DNA of 64,000 nucleotides, taken from sequence record SRR2962707_3387. One strand, given 5' to 3'. A program made the translations under genes and the position numbers. How positions within the stretch are numbered: the stretch's first letter is position 1; every line of letters starts with the position of its first letter. Of this stretch, positions 19,450 through 29,589 are shown piece by piece. The notes beneath the pieces are model-generated. The model ran no database searches, was not told where the DNA came from, and worked only from the letters and a program-made list of their open reading frames with translations.

Positions 19450-21453
19450 ATGCAAGTACAACATCATAACGCGCATCTTTCCCGCTCCGTTCAGGCTCAG
19501 GTCGCGCGCCTGGTGCTCCAGGCAAACCTGGCGTATGGCGAGTCCAACAGCAACGGGCTCTCCTACATTCAGCGGCTGAAAGCGCGCAATGAATGCCGGG
19601 AATACCTGAATCAGGCGTTGGCGCTGGAGGCCGATCACGCAGCGGCCCTTGGCCTGCTCGGCCGAGTGGAGATGGACGACGGCCAGCTTGAAAAGGCCCA
19701 CGCCCTGTTCAATGCCAGTCTCAATCGGCAACCGGCGCAGGCCCAGCAATACTGCAACCTGGGCTATTGGGCACTGAAGAGCGAGCGCCCCGCCCTGGCG
19801 GAGGAGTATTTCCTGCAGGCACTGGAATGCGACCGGCAATCTGCCGCCGCTTTCTGCGGCGTTGCTCATGCCAAACAGCTGCAAGGCCAGTTTGATGTTG
19901 CCTACCTGCACTACCGCAAGTTACTCCAAAGCGGATCGGAATGGGACTCTGTCTATTCCGGCATGCTCTCGTGTGCGCAGCACCTTCAGGTTCACAAAGC
20001 CGACAGCGATCTGGCGCTGGACGCCATTGCCCTGCTTCGGCAGGAAGGTCTGCCACACCAGGAAATCGGCCACTTTGTCGGCGCAATCATCCAGCAACAA
20101 TACGACCTGGATAACCCCAACGCCGAAATCTTCCTGGATGCCGCGGCAGAAGATGAATTGCTGATCCTGGCGCTCCAGAAAACTCTGATGCCCAATGCCG
20201 CTGTGGAAGAACTGGTGGTGCTACTGCGCCGCGCCATTATGGCGGAGGTCGCTCAAACGGCCAGCCTGAGGGACGAACTGCAGCCCCTCTGCCTGGCCAT
20301 CGCGGAATACGCCGACCGCACCGGCTTCGCGCTGGCCGCAGAAGACGATGAGGAACGCCTGGCGGCCACCATCAATGAAAGCATCATGGCGCAATTTGCC
20401 GTGGGCGAACCTCAAGAGGCCCTGATTGGCTCGCTGATGATCAGCGCCATGTATGGTGCGCTTTTCCACCAGAACTTTGCAGTTCAACTCGGCCAATGGA
20501 ACCTGGTGGACTGGCCACTGGCCATGCAACCCATTATGGCAGCCAGCTACTACAACCGGGCAGAAGAAGAGGCCATCAAGCAGAATTTTGACGAAAAAGC
20601 CGAGGAACTCTGCCTGGAGAAAACCGATGTGCCCCAGGCATGGCCGGCCTGGAGCCAGCTGGCCTATCGGACGGAGACCAGCCTGAAAGCCGTGATGGCG
20701 CAGGAACTTGGCCTGAACACCGACAACCTCCCCGCCACGTTTCGGATTTTGGTGTGCGGCGCTCAGTCTGGCCAGCGAGCCATGGAGCTGGCGCAATACC
20801 TGAACGATGTGGAAGTGATTGCAGTTGATGAATCCCTGGCCAATATCGCTAAAGGCACCCGTATGGCCCAGAGCCTGAACATGGACAACATCGTGTTCTG
20901 GCCCTGGTCCATCGCACAGCGTTTTGTGGCCGATGGTCACAAGGTCCATTGGGTGGAAGTGGGCCGTGTGCCCTCACCGGCCATGACCGAGCTTTCTCTG
21001 GCCGCACTCATCAATAGTGCCTCGAACACCGGTGCCATTGTGCACATGCATACGGCGCTGGCCGAGCAAACCCAGGGCGACAAACAGATTCGCCGCCTGG
21101 TCGCGGAGCACAATCTGCAGCCCACTCGTACCGCCCTGCGTCAACTTCGCAGGATGGTATTGGCCAACCGGCAAGATACCCTCTGGACAGAGCTGCTGAA
21201 GGACGAGGACTTCTACAGCCTGGGCGGCTGCCGCGATCGATGGTTCCGGCCGCAAGACGCCAACCAGCTCAAAGAGCTGCTGGCCCTGGTGAGCAATGAA
21301 GTAGAGTGGAAGCTGATTAAAGCCCGGGATGAAGATGGCCACAGCCTGGCCACCGGCCCGGTACAGCGCCAGATCCAGGCGGAAGCCCTGGGTAGTGAAG
21401 TTCAAAGCCTGATGGGGCAGAACCTGAGCGTGTATTTCCAGCGCCGACGCTAA
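19450..21453 (+). CDS. TPR-repeat protein with degenerate C-terminal methyltransferase-like domain
   Basis: 667 aa; about four TPRs ([29 protein letters not shown]); C-terminal [13 protein letters not shown]...VIAVDES resembles a SAM-binding fold. Confidence 0.75.
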   Translation: MQVQHHNAHLSRSVQAQVARLVLQANLAYGESNSNGLSYIQRLKARNECREYLNQALALEADHAAALGLLGRVEMDDGQLEKAHALFNASLNRQPAQAQQYCNLGYWALKSERPALAEEYFLQALECDRQSAAAFCGVAHAKQLQGQFDVAYLHYRKLLQSGSEWDSVYSGMLSCAQHLQVHKADSDLALDAIALLRQEGLPHQEIGHFVGAIIQQQYDLDNPNAEIFLDAAAEDELLILALQKTLMPNAAVEELVVLLRRAIMAEVAQTASLRDELQPLCLAIAEYADRTGFALAAEDDEERLAATINESIMAQFAVGEPQEALIGSLMISAMYGALFHQNFAVQLGQWNLVDWPLAMQPIMAASYYNRAEEEAIKQNFDEKAEELCLEKTDVPQAWPAWSQLAYRTETSLKAVMAQELGLNTDNLPATFRILVCGAQSGQRAMELAQYLNDVEVIAVDESLANIAKGTRMAQSLNMDNIVFWPWSIAQRFVADGHKVHWVEVGRVPSPAMTELSLAALINSASNTGAIVHMHTALAEQTQGDKQIRRLVAEHNLQPTRTALRQLRRMVLANRQDTLWTELLKDEDFYSLGGCRDRWFRPQDANQLKELLALVSNEVEWKLIKARDEDGHSLATGPVQRQIQAEALGSEVQSLMGQNLSVYFQRRR

Positions 21454-21464
21454 TCGGAGCTGCC

Positions 21465-21506
21465 CAGATCCCGGGACAATCCTGACGAGAGGATGCCCGG
21501 GGTCTG
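21465..21506. terminator. Imperfect hairpin between convergent TPR gene and sbcB
   Basis: CAGATCCCGGG...ATCCT...AGGAT...CCCGGGGTCTG; no U-tract. Confidence 0.4.
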
Positions 21507-21513
21507 CGATTCG

Positions 21514-22962
21514 CTACAGGTAGGGAATCAAAGATTCACCGTACAGATGCAGATCTTCCAGAACCTGCTGTTTCTTCGGCGTTAGCTCGGGATCCGAGGC
21601 CAACCTCTGAAGTTCACGGCCATAAGCTTCCAGCGACCGCCATCCTTTTTTAGGCTGCATCAGCCGCTCGGTACGAAACTGCTCCCAACGCTCCATTTCC
21701 TCGCCAATCAGGGTATCCGGGTAGTTGCGGGCACGGTAACGGAACAGCATCTCCGGCAGGCGCGCGTCTTCAAACCTCACTTCCTGCTCGGCCAGGGTAT
21801 CCACGGGTTGAGCCAGCAACCAGTTGAGTTTCTCCCGGTCGGTTTTGCTGATAAACCCGCCCGCGTACAGTTGCTCGTCGGGATCGGTCAGGTCGCTGCC
21901 CTGGAAATCCTGTTCGAAGGCCTGGGCAATGCGGGCGGGCAGATCTGGTGCTTTGCGCAGTTTGGCCAGGTTGGCCCGCAGTACGTCCCCATCCAGCTCC
22001 AGCTCGGCCAACCGCTCCTTCGACAGCGTGGAGAGCATGGTCGCCGGCGCCAATACCGGGCACTTGTTCAGTTGCACACCTTTCAGCGGGAACCGGCTAA
22101 CGCCCTCCCCCAGTTCCGCCTGAGACGTAAATACCCGCTCACGGATCTCCTCGACCGAGGCGTTGATCAGCGCCTCCGGGTCTTCCCGAAGATCGTAAAC
22201 GATCACCTGGTTTTTATTGCTCAGGCTCTCTGCCAACGGCGCCACCAACGCGCAACACCCCCTTGTTGCCGGGTACTTGGCGGAAATATGAAACACCGGC
22301 TTCATAGCGGCGGTATCCAGCATTTGCCGTGCGGAGTGTTTGTCTTTGTTGTTCAGAACGAAATCAAACAGTTTGGGCTGTTTTTCCTTGATCAGCTTTG
22401 CCACGGCAATGGTGGCCAGCACATCCGACATGGCATCGTGGGCAGCCTCATGAGCAATGCCATTGGCCACCGTCAGCTCTTCCAACCTGAAACTCGGGCT
22501 GCCATCTTCTTTGCGGGGCCAATTGATACCGTCCGGCCGCAAGGCATAGGTCAGCCGCACCATATCAATGATGTCCCAGCGAGAGTTCCCGTTCTGCCAT
22601 TCCCTGGCGTAGGGATCCCGGAGATTGCGATACAGCGTATGCCGGGTAACTTCATCATCAAACCGCAGGCTGTTGTAGCCCACAGCGCAGGTACCGGGCT
22701 GGCTGAAAGCCTCATTAATCTGGGCGATAAACTCGGCTTCCGGAAATCCGTCCTCCAGCGCTTTCTGGGGAGTAATACCAGTAATCAGGCAGGCTTCGGG
22801 GGCTGGCAGGTAATCGTCGGCTGGCTTGCAATAGATGACCAGCGGGTCTTCGATGATATTCAGATCCGCATCGGTGCGCACACCCGCAAACTGGGAGGGC
22901 CGGTCATGAACCGGGTCTACGCCAAAGGTTTCGTAATCGTGCCAGTAGAAAGAGCGGATCAA
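21514..22962 (-). CDS. sbcB: Exodeoxyribonuclease I
   Basis: WHDYETFG..P..DRPSQFAG.RTD, GYNSLRFDDEVTR, AHDAMSDV, NKCPVLAP, LFRYRARN. Confidence 0.97.
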   Translation of the reverse strand: MIRSFYWHDYETFGVDPVHDRPSQFAGVRTDADLNIIEDPLVIYCKPADDYLPAPEACLITGITPQKALEDGFPEAEFIAQINEAFSQPGTCAVGYNSLRFDDEVTRHTLYRNLRDPYAREWQNGNSRWDIIDMVRLTYALRPDGINWPRKEDGSPSFRLEELTVANGIAHEAAHDAMSDVLATIAVAKLIKEKQPKLFDFVLNNKDKHSARQMLDTAAMKPVFHISAKYPATRGCCALVAPLAESLSNKNQVIVYDLREDPEALINASVEEIRERVFTSQAELGEGVSRFPLKGVQLNKCPVLAPATMLSTLSKERLAELELDGDVLRANLAKLRKAPDLPARIAQAFEQDFQGSDLTDPDEQLYAGGFISKTDREKLNWLLAQPVDTLAEQEVRFEDARLPEMLFRYRARNYPDTLIGEEMERWEQFRTERLMQPKKGWRSLEAYGRELQRLASDPELTPKKQQVLEDLHLYGESLIPYL

Positions 22963-23007
22963 AGGAAGACTCCTGCATGTTGGTTCAGAGGCAGGAGTCT
23001 AGCAAAA

Positions 23008-23886
23008 TCAAAACAGCTTGGTACCCATATCCGTCTGATGGGTGCGCAGGCGGTCAATGCCGTCCGGGCCAACCAGTTGGCTCAGATCCACGGTCATGTT
23101 GGTAGGCAGGTTAATAAATACCCCTTTCCCAACACTGATGGTGTTGGCACCGTCCAGCGTTTGCCAGGCTACGCCGTCATCGCGCTGAAAACCGACGAAA
23201 AACGCATCTGTAAACCCGATAGTGCCATCAGCACTGCCATTATCCTCGCCTACGGTCAGTGATTGCAGGTGGGTAAGTGGCGTGCAGTTAGCTCCGGAAA
23301 CACAGGAGTTGGGATCAATACCAATGTGAGAGGCACGGTAGTTGGTGGCCGCGCCACCATCGCCATCAAACAGATAGGTATCGTAAACGGCACCGGTTGA
23401 ATCCTGTACTTTCAGGCCGATGTCGCCGCTGAAGCTGGTGGTATGGGACGACACCGAGCCCCTTGCCTGCCCGAAACCCATGCGGAATCCGGCAAGGCCC
23501 GCGGCATCTTCCGCCAGTTCGATATAGGGCATGCGCGCTTCGAAAGGAATTTCATCCCCGGCATTGTAGGTCTTGCCATTGAAGACCTCGCCGTCGTTAC
23601 GGGCGATATGACCAAGGGCCAGGTGGGTGGCAGAGAAGTCCGTGCCGCCATTGATCTGGCCGGCCTGAATATCGTCAATATTCACACGGGTCTCTACATC
23701 CATGGTCAGCGTCATGCGCGTGAACTCATGGTTCTGGCCGGGGATGTTTTCAATCTGCATAAAGGCCTGCCCGGTTACCTCGCCCATCGCATTGTCTGAA
23801 ATGGGCTCCAGTTCTGCCTGGGAAACGGGCGAAATACCCAGGCAGAGCATGGCAAGGGCAGCGCATCCGTACGCTTGCGTTGTCAT
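23008..23886 (-). CDS. Secreted DUF6160/FilA-like protein
   Basis: Signal peptide ending SQA, followed by ELEPISDNAMGEVTGQA typical of DUF6160/FilA-type proteins; start 23886 or 23937. Confidence 0.6.
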   Translation of the reverse strand: MTTQAYGCAALAMLCLGISPVSQAELEPISDNAMGEVTGQAFMQIENIPGQNHEFTRMTLTMDVETRVNIDDIQAGQINGGTDFSATHLALGHIARNDGEVFNGKTYNAGDEIPFEARMPYIELAEDAAGLAGFRMGFGQARGSVSSHTTSFSGDIGLKVQDSTGAVYDTYLFDGDGGAATNYRASHIGIDPNSCVSGANCTPLTHLQSLTVGEDNGSADGTIGFTDAFFVGFQRDDGVAWQTLDGANTISVGKGVFINLPTNMTVDLSQLVGPDGIDRLRTHQTDMGTKLF

Positions 23887-24238
23887 AGATTGTGTCTCTG
23901 ATTGTTTTAGTGAGTCAGTTTCGACACCCGACTCCATGCCTGCCCGCTGGTTTTATTATTTCGGTGCTGGCATGCGGCCCGTTATTCTTTGTAACAAACT
24001 GTTTCTTTTTGACCGCAACACGACTATATCCGACCGAGCCTCGTACATTGAGTGAGGTACATCACATTCATTCATTACCTGGCCGTCATTTGTTGTTCAA
24101 GCTTGATGTTCGTCACAGGACTAAACTAACTTAGGAACCAATATGTAGCTTAGCGAACTTGTAATGTAGCCCGCATATACACAACGCTTGAGATTGGTAT
24201 ACTTACGCCCTTTCGTTAAAGGCCCCAAACGGCACTCC

Positions 24239-25267
24239 ATGACCACCAGAATATTGATCTGCGACGACTCTGCACTGGCGCGCAAACAAATGGCCAAAGC
24301 TCTGCCACCCGGCCTGGCAGACGACATCCTCTTCGCCGGAGATGGCAAGGAGGCGCTAACCATACTTCGCGATCAGAAAGCCGAGCTGTTATTTCTGGAT
24401 CTGAACATGCCGGAACTCGACGGCTATCAGGTGCTGGAACACATCCGCTCCGAGGATCTTCCGGTTCTGACCATCGTGGTCTCGGGCGACATTCAGCCGG
24501 AAGCCCGGGAACGTGTGCGCAAACTGGGCGCCATCGACTTCATCAAAAAGCCAACCGACACCGGCGTTGTTTCCCGATTGCTTGAAGAGTACGGTTTCTA
24601 TCGCCCTTCCGAACTCGAAGACACTGCCCTTAACGACGCCAGCCTTCATACCCGGGAGGCGGCCAGTCCGGAAATATCGGTAAGCCTGAGTGATTACCTG
24701 CAGGAGATATCCAACGTTGCCATGGGGCGCTCCTCCGACTTGCTGGCCCGGCTGCTGAAGGTATTTGTCAAACAACCTATCCCCAAAGTTGCGTTTATCG
24801 CCAACTCCGAGCTGCACATGGCAATATCGGCTGCGCAGCGAGCAGAAGACTACTCAGCCGTTTGCCAGGGCTTTACCGGCGCCGGTATCGCAGGCGAGGC
24901 CCTCCTGCTGTTTGAAGACGCCAGTTTCCGGGAAATGGCCGAACTGCTTCACTATGACGTGCTGGAAGGCGAATCCGTGAACGTGGAAGTGCTCATGGAT
25001 ATGTCGAGCATCTTGTTTGGCGCGTTCATCAACGGTATTGGTGATCAGCTCGACCTGAAGCTGGGCCTGGGTCATCCGACCGTTCTCGGCCAGCACCGCC
25101 CGGTTAACGAACTGTTGGATCATCACAGCAAGCGGGAAGAACAGCTGCTGTGTATTGAGATCAGCTATGCTCTGGAAAACCGGGATATCCGCTGCAACAT
25201 GCTGATCCTGCTAACCGAGGACTCCATCCCATTTCTTGAAAAACGCCTCGCGTATCTGGTAGATTGA
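24239..25267 (+). CDS. Response regulator: REC domain plus CheC-like phosphatase domain
   Basis: ILICDDS, LFLDLNMP, VVSGD, FIKKP; C-terminal LQEISNVAMG (CheC ExxN). Confidence 0.88.
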   Translation: MTTRILICDDSALARKQMAKALPPGLADDILFAGDGKEALTILRDQKAELLFLDLNMPELDGYQVLEHIRSEDLPVLTIVVSGDIQPEARERVRKLGAIDFIKKPTDTGVVSRLLEEYGFYRPSELEDTALNDASLHTREAASPEISVSLSDYLQEISNVAMGRSSDLLARLLKVFVKQPIPKVAFIANSELHMAISAAQRAEDYSAVCQGFTGAGIAGEALLLFEDASFREMAELLHYDVLEGESVNVEVLMDMSSILFGAFINGIGDQLDLKLGLGHPTVLGQHRPVNELLDHHSKREEQLLCIEISYALENRDIRCNMLILLTEDSIPFLEKRLAYLVD

Positions 25268-25269
25268 CT

Positions 25270-26220
25270 ATGGCCTTTAATCAGGACGCCAACGAATTCC
25301 ATTGGCTGATGGACATGCTCGAATCCGTCGAGGTGGGGCTGGTCGTGCTGGACCTGGATTTCCACGTCCAGGCATGGAACGGCTTCATGGAACACCACAG
25401 TGGCATTACCGCCAGCCAGATTCAGGACAAGGTTTTGTTCGAAACCTTTCCGGACATCCCGGAAGCCTGGCTTACCCGAAAGGTAGACGCCGTCGCCATG
25501 CTGAACACCCGGGCTTTTACTTCCTGGGAACAGCGCCCTTACCTGTTCAAGTTCCGGAATACACGCCCGATCACGGGCACTGAAGAATACATGTTCCAGA
25601 ACCTGACCATCAGCCCGATCACCGCTCCGAACGGTGAGGTGGAGAAGGTGTGCCTGCTGATCTACGACGTAACCGAATTCGCCAGCAGCAAACGGGCCCT
25701 GGAACGTGCAAACGAACAGCTGGCGAAACTCAGCATGACAGATCGGCTAACGGGGCTGCTGAACCGGGGCACCTGGGAAAACCTGGTGGATGCCGAATAT
25801 GAACGTTTCCGGCGCTATGGCCAGGCCACAAGCCTGGTGATGTTCGATATCGACCACTTCAAACCGGTGAATGACACCTACGGCCACCTGGCTGGAGACG
25901 AGGTGATTCGCCATACCGCCGAAGTCACTCGCAATAACATCCGGCAATCGGACAGCGCCGGCCGTTATGGCGGTGAAGAATTCGGCATTATTTTGCCAGA
26001 AACCGATGCCGAGAGTGCCCGGGTCATTTGCGAGCGCATTCGTGAGGCGATTGAGAACAGCACGGTTAGCACAACCGCAGGCGATATTCGCTACACAGTG
26101 AGCATGGGCATCGCGCAATTAACTGAAACGCCAGAGAACTATATGCAGTGGATGCAAAAGGCAGATGAGGCTTTGTATAAAGCCAAGGAAAACGGGCGGA
26201 ACAAAGTCGTAGTCAGTTAA
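25270..26220 (+). CDS. PAS-GGDEF diguanylate cyclase
   Basis: N-terminal PAS; TDRLTGLLNR, DIDHFK.VNDTYGH..GD, RQSD I-site, GGEEF. Confidence 0.93.
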   Translation: MAFNQDANEFHWLMDMLESVEVGLVVLDLDFHVQAWNGFMEHHSGITASQIQDKVLFETFPDIPEAWLTRKVDAVAMLNTRAFTSWEQRPYLFKFRNTRPITGTEEYMFQNLTISPITAPNGEVEKVCLLIYDVTEFASSKRALERANEQLAKLSMTDRLTGLLNRGTWENLVDAEYERFRRYGQATSLVMFDIDHFKPVNDTYGHLAGDEVIRHTAEVTRNNIRQSDSAGRYGGEEFGIILPETDAESARVICERIREAIENSTVSTTAGDIRYTVSMGIAQLTETPENYMQWMQKADEALYKAKENGRNKVVVS

Positions 26221-26259
26221 TACCCCCCTCCCTCTATTGAGAGAGAGGGGAATGGGCAG

Positions 26260-26628
26260 TTAATCCTGCTGCCAGCTCTGTACCGCTTCCTTACCGTGCT
26301 TTTCACGCCACTCATTCAGAGTCTTGTGATTACCACCGCGGGTTTTTACCACTTCACCGGTGTGCGGGTTTTTATAGGTTTTCAGCGGACGCTTGGCACG
26401 GGTACCGGTTGAAGTCTCGGCCTTGGCGCCAGCGATAGAAGGATCAATAGCAGACAGAATCTGCAGAACGTCCTTCGGTGATTTGTCATACTCTTTCATC
26501 AAATCACGAACTTTGTTTTCGAATTCCAGTTCGCTTTTCAGTGCCTGGTCCTTTTCGAGCTTCTCCAGCTCGGCGGCCAGCTTTTCCATCAGCTGCTTCT
26601 TCTGGTAATAATCATTAATCTTTGCCAT
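26260..26628 (-). CDS. mvaT: MvaT/MvaU-family H-NS-like nucleoid protein
   Basis: YKNPHTGEVVKTRGGNHKTLNEWREKHG signature; N-terminal coiled coil. Confidence 0.93.
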   Translation of the reverse strand: MAKINDYYQKKQLMEKLAAELEKLEKDQALKSELEFENKVRDLMKEYDKSPKDVLQILSAIDPSIAGAKAETSTGTRAKRPLKTYKNPHTGEVVKTRGGNHKTLNEWREKHGKEAVQSWQQD

Positions 26629-26746
26629 GGAAATAAAACCTTTTATCGTGGGGTTTTAAATACTGATTGAATATGACCGAAAGTCGAAACAAATAATAAT
26701 AGAGAAACCGAAACGAGGCAAAATAAATTACTTAAATCCACTTAAC

Positions 26747-26773
26747 AAAAAAGCCGGCACAATGGCCGGCTTT
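26747..26773 (-). terminator. Intrinsic terminator closing the polysaccharide locus
   Basis: Minus strand AAAGCCGGC-CATTGT-GCCGGCTTTTTT just after the dehydrogenase stop. Confidence 0.85.
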
Positions 26774-26789
26774 GTATTTCACCTAAAGA

Positions 26790-28052
26790 TCAAAGGCGTA
26801 AATCAGCCTGCCCTAACGGCAACACACCCTTCAAATCAAATAAAACGCCGTTGCTATTGGTATAAGCACGCAGTTGCTCCGCAGAAAGACCGGCATATTC
26901 GCGGTGCGGTACCGCAAGAAATACCGCATCATATTCACCGGCTTTCGGTTCCGGGACCAGAGAAATACCATACTCATGTTCGGCTTCTTCATTATTGGCC
27001 CAGCAATCGGTGACATCCACCTGACAACCAAAATCCTTTAACTCATTAACCACATCAATAACGCGGGTATTACGCAAATCCGGGCAGTTCTCCTTGAACG
27101 TTAGCCCCATTACCAATACACGCGAATTGGCAATGGTATGCCCCCTCTTGATCATCGCTTTGACCAGTTCAGCGGCTGCGTATGGCCCCATATTGTCGTT
27201 CACACGGCGGCCAGCAAGAATAATCTCTGGATGATAACCAATGGCCTGGGCTTTATGGGTGAGGTAATACGGATCTACACCAATACAATGTCCGCCGACC
27301 AATCCAGGTTTGAACGGCAGGAAATTCCATTTAGTACCAGCAGCGGCCAACACTTCATGGGTATCGATCCCAATGCGGGCAAAAATCATCGACAGCTCAT
27401 TCATCAGCGCAATATTCAAATCCCGCTGAGTATTTTCAATGACCTTTGCCGCTTCCGCTACCTTGATGGAACTGGCCTTATGGGTTCCCGCAGTAATGAT
27501 GCCGGCGTAAAGATCATTTACCTCATCGGCAATCTCGGGCGTGGAGCCGGAGGTTACCTTCATAATGGTGGTAACGCGGTGTTCCTTATCGCCCGGGTTG
27601 ATACGCTCCGGACTGTAACCGGCAAAGAAATCCTGATTGAACTTGAGGCCGGACATCTTTTCCAGAACCGGCACACAGACTTCTTCAGTCGCACCGGGGA
27701 ACACCGTCGATTCATAAACAACGATGTCACCCTTCTTGAGGACTTTACCCACACTCTCACTGGCCTTTACCAACGGGGTAAGGTCTGGCGATTTGTATTC
27801 GTCAATCGGGGTTGGCACGGTCACGATGTAGACCTGGGAATCGGCAATGCCATCCAGAGAATCCGTAAACGACAGTTTCGACGACGCCGCCAGTTCATCC
27901 CGGCTCACCTCGCGCGTGAAATCAATGCCATCCTTCAGCTCGGCAATCCGTTTGGGGTTGATATCAAAGCCAACCACCTCACGCTTTTCGCCGAATGCAG
28001 CCGCCAATGGTAAGCCCACGTAACCAAGGCCGATTACCGCAATCCTTTTCAT
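26790..28052 (-). CDS. UDP-N-acetyl-hexosamine 6-dehydrogenase (TviB/WbpO family)
   Basis: [59 protein letters not shown]. Confidence 0.92.
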   Translation of the reverse strand: MKRIAVIGLGYVGLPLAAAFGEKREVVGFDINPKRIAELKDGIDFTREVSRDELAASSKLSFTDSLDGIADSQVYIVTVPTPIDEYKSPDLTPLVKASESVGKVLKKGDIVVYESTVFPGATEEVCVPVLEKMSGLKFNQDFFAGYSPERINPGDKEHRVTTIMKVTSGSTPEIADEVNDLYAGIITAGTHKASSIKVAEAAKVIENTQRDLNIALMNELSMIFARIGIDTHEVLAAAGTKWNFLPFKPGLVGGHCIGVDPYYLTHKAQAIGYHPEIILAGRRVNDNMGPYAAAELVKAMIKRGHTIANSRVLVMGLTFKENCPDLRNTRVIDVVNELKDFGCQVDVTDCWANNEEAEHEYGISLVPEPKAGEYDAVFLAVPHREYAGLSAEQLRAYTNSNGVLFDLKGVLPLGQADLRL

Positions 28053-28123
28053 ATATTCTCCTGCCTTAAATAAGGTCTAAGCGCTTGGGCGAACGGTCGC
28101 ATGATCAGCGCATGCTCACCCCG

Positions 28124-29545
28124 TTATCCTACTGGAATCAGAATATCAGAATCCGGCGCCATTGCCTCCAACGCCAGCTTAAAAGCGCGCTTGGCACCCG
28201 AATCGCCATGGACAACGCGAATTTCGGCGGGCGTCTCAGGAATACCTGCAATGAACCGAAGCAAATCATCCTGCCCGGCGTGAGCAGAATAACCACCGAC
28301 TGTGTGAACGCGAGCCGAAATGCCATATCGTTCTCCGTCCAGCTCCACCCATCCACCACGCGGCCCGTAATTCAGAATATCCCGCCCTGGCGTTCCAGCC
28401 GCCTGATACCCCACAAAAACCACATCATTTCGGGCATCGCCCAGCATCGCCTTGAGGTAATTCACCACCCTTCCACCAGCGCACATACCAGACCCCGCAA
28501 TAACCACGCAGGGACGATGAGTACGAGCCAAATACTCAACCGCATTCAAATGGTCCTCGTGGGAATTGATCACCGTGAGCTGCTCAAACGACAGAGGATG
28601 CCGGCCGGCACTGACAAGTTCCCGGGCCTCGTCATCCCAAAATGGCTTGAGATCCCGATAGATTCGGGTGAATTCAGCGGCCAGCGGCGAATCCACAACA
28701 ATTTCCAGATTCTGCCATCGGAGTGGTCCAGAGGAGTCTTCTGCACTCGACTGCGAAATCTCAGTCTCCCCAAACTCGGCAATCAGTCCTTCGATCTCAT
28801 AAAGCAGATCCTGGGTGCGCCCGATACTGAATGCCGGAATCAGCACCGTACCGCCGTCTTCCAGGGCATGCTCAAGAACCGATTTCAATCGATAGCGGCG
28901 GCTTTCCCGGTCTTCGTGGTTCTTATCGCCGTATGTGCTTTCGATGATCAGGCGATCAGCCTTCTCAGGTGATAACGGCTCGGGCAGGAGTGGTGCGTGA
29001 CTCGCGCCAAGATCCCCGCTGAAAACAATACGTTCGTTGCGATGGCCATCGTGGAGCTCGCATTCCACATAGGCAGAACCGAGAATATGCCCGGCCCTCT
29101 GCAACCTGATTCTCAGTGCAGCATCGCCCTCAGAAACCAGCTCATGCCACTGACCATAGGGCAGCGGCACCAGTTTGCTGCGTATACGGTCCAAAACCCG
29201 GGTAATCAAAGCCCGATCCCGCGTAAAGCCGATCTTCAGCGCGTCTTCGAGGATTTCCGGCAGCATAATGGCTGAGGGTTCAGAGCAGACAATGGGCCCC
29301 TCAAATCCAGCTGCCAGAAGATAGGGAATCCGCCCAACGTGATCAATATGGACGTGAGTGACCACAAGTGCGCGGATATGATCAATGGGGAAGTCTATCG
29401 CCAGCTCCGTGGCGGAAGAGGCCGCGCCTTTCTCCTTCCCCTGGAAAAGACCGCAATCAATCAGAATACCAAAGTCCGAGACCTGGAGCTCATGGCAGGA
29501 GCCAGTGACGCCATTCACAGCACCGTGGTGTTTTATCTCAATCAT
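28124..29545 (-). CDS. MBL-fold beta-CASP ribonuclease-like protein
   Basis: VTGSCH, THVHIDHVG, AGHILGS, FSGDLG, ESTYG, PAFSIGRTQ, SGMCAGGR, YSAHA. Confidence 0.9.
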   Translation of the reverse strand: MIEIKHHGAVNGVTGSCHELQVSDFGILIDCGLFQGKEKGAASSATELAIDFPIDHIRALVVTHVHIDHVGRIPYLLAAGFEGPIVCSEPSAIMLPEILEDALKIGFTRDRALITRVLDRIRSKLVPLPYGQWHELVSEGDAALRIRLQRAGHILGSAYVECELHDGHRNERIVFSGDLGASHAPLLPEPLSPEKADRLIIESTYGDKNHEDRESRRYRLKSVLEHALEDGGTVLIPAFSIGRTQDLLYEIEGLIAEFGETEISQSSAEDSSGPLRWQNLEIVVDSPLAAEFTRIYRDLKPFWDDEARELVSAGRHPLSFEQLTVINSHEDHLNAVEYLARTHRPCVVIAGSGMCAGGRVVNYLKAMLGDARNDVVFVGYQAAGTPGRDILNYGPRGGWVELDGERYGISARVHTVGGYSAHAGQDDLLRFIAGIPETPAEIRVVHGDSGAKRAFKLALEAMAPDSDILIPVG

Positions 29546-29589
29546 TCAACAATCCTTGTTAATGTCTCTGGCGGAACGCTTCCATGCAG

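Noticed and set aside
19253-19525. Long N-terminal extension of rmlB in the ORF track
   Set aside because: Overlaps the divergent TPR gene and its sigma54 promoter; homology begins at TILVTGG
21808-23262. 484-aa plus-strand ORF
   Set aside because: Antisense shadow of sbcB and the DUF6160-like gene; no recognisable motifs
27138-28972. 291-aa and 295-aa plus-strand ORFs
   Set aside because: Antisense to well-supported dehydrogenase and beta-CASP genes
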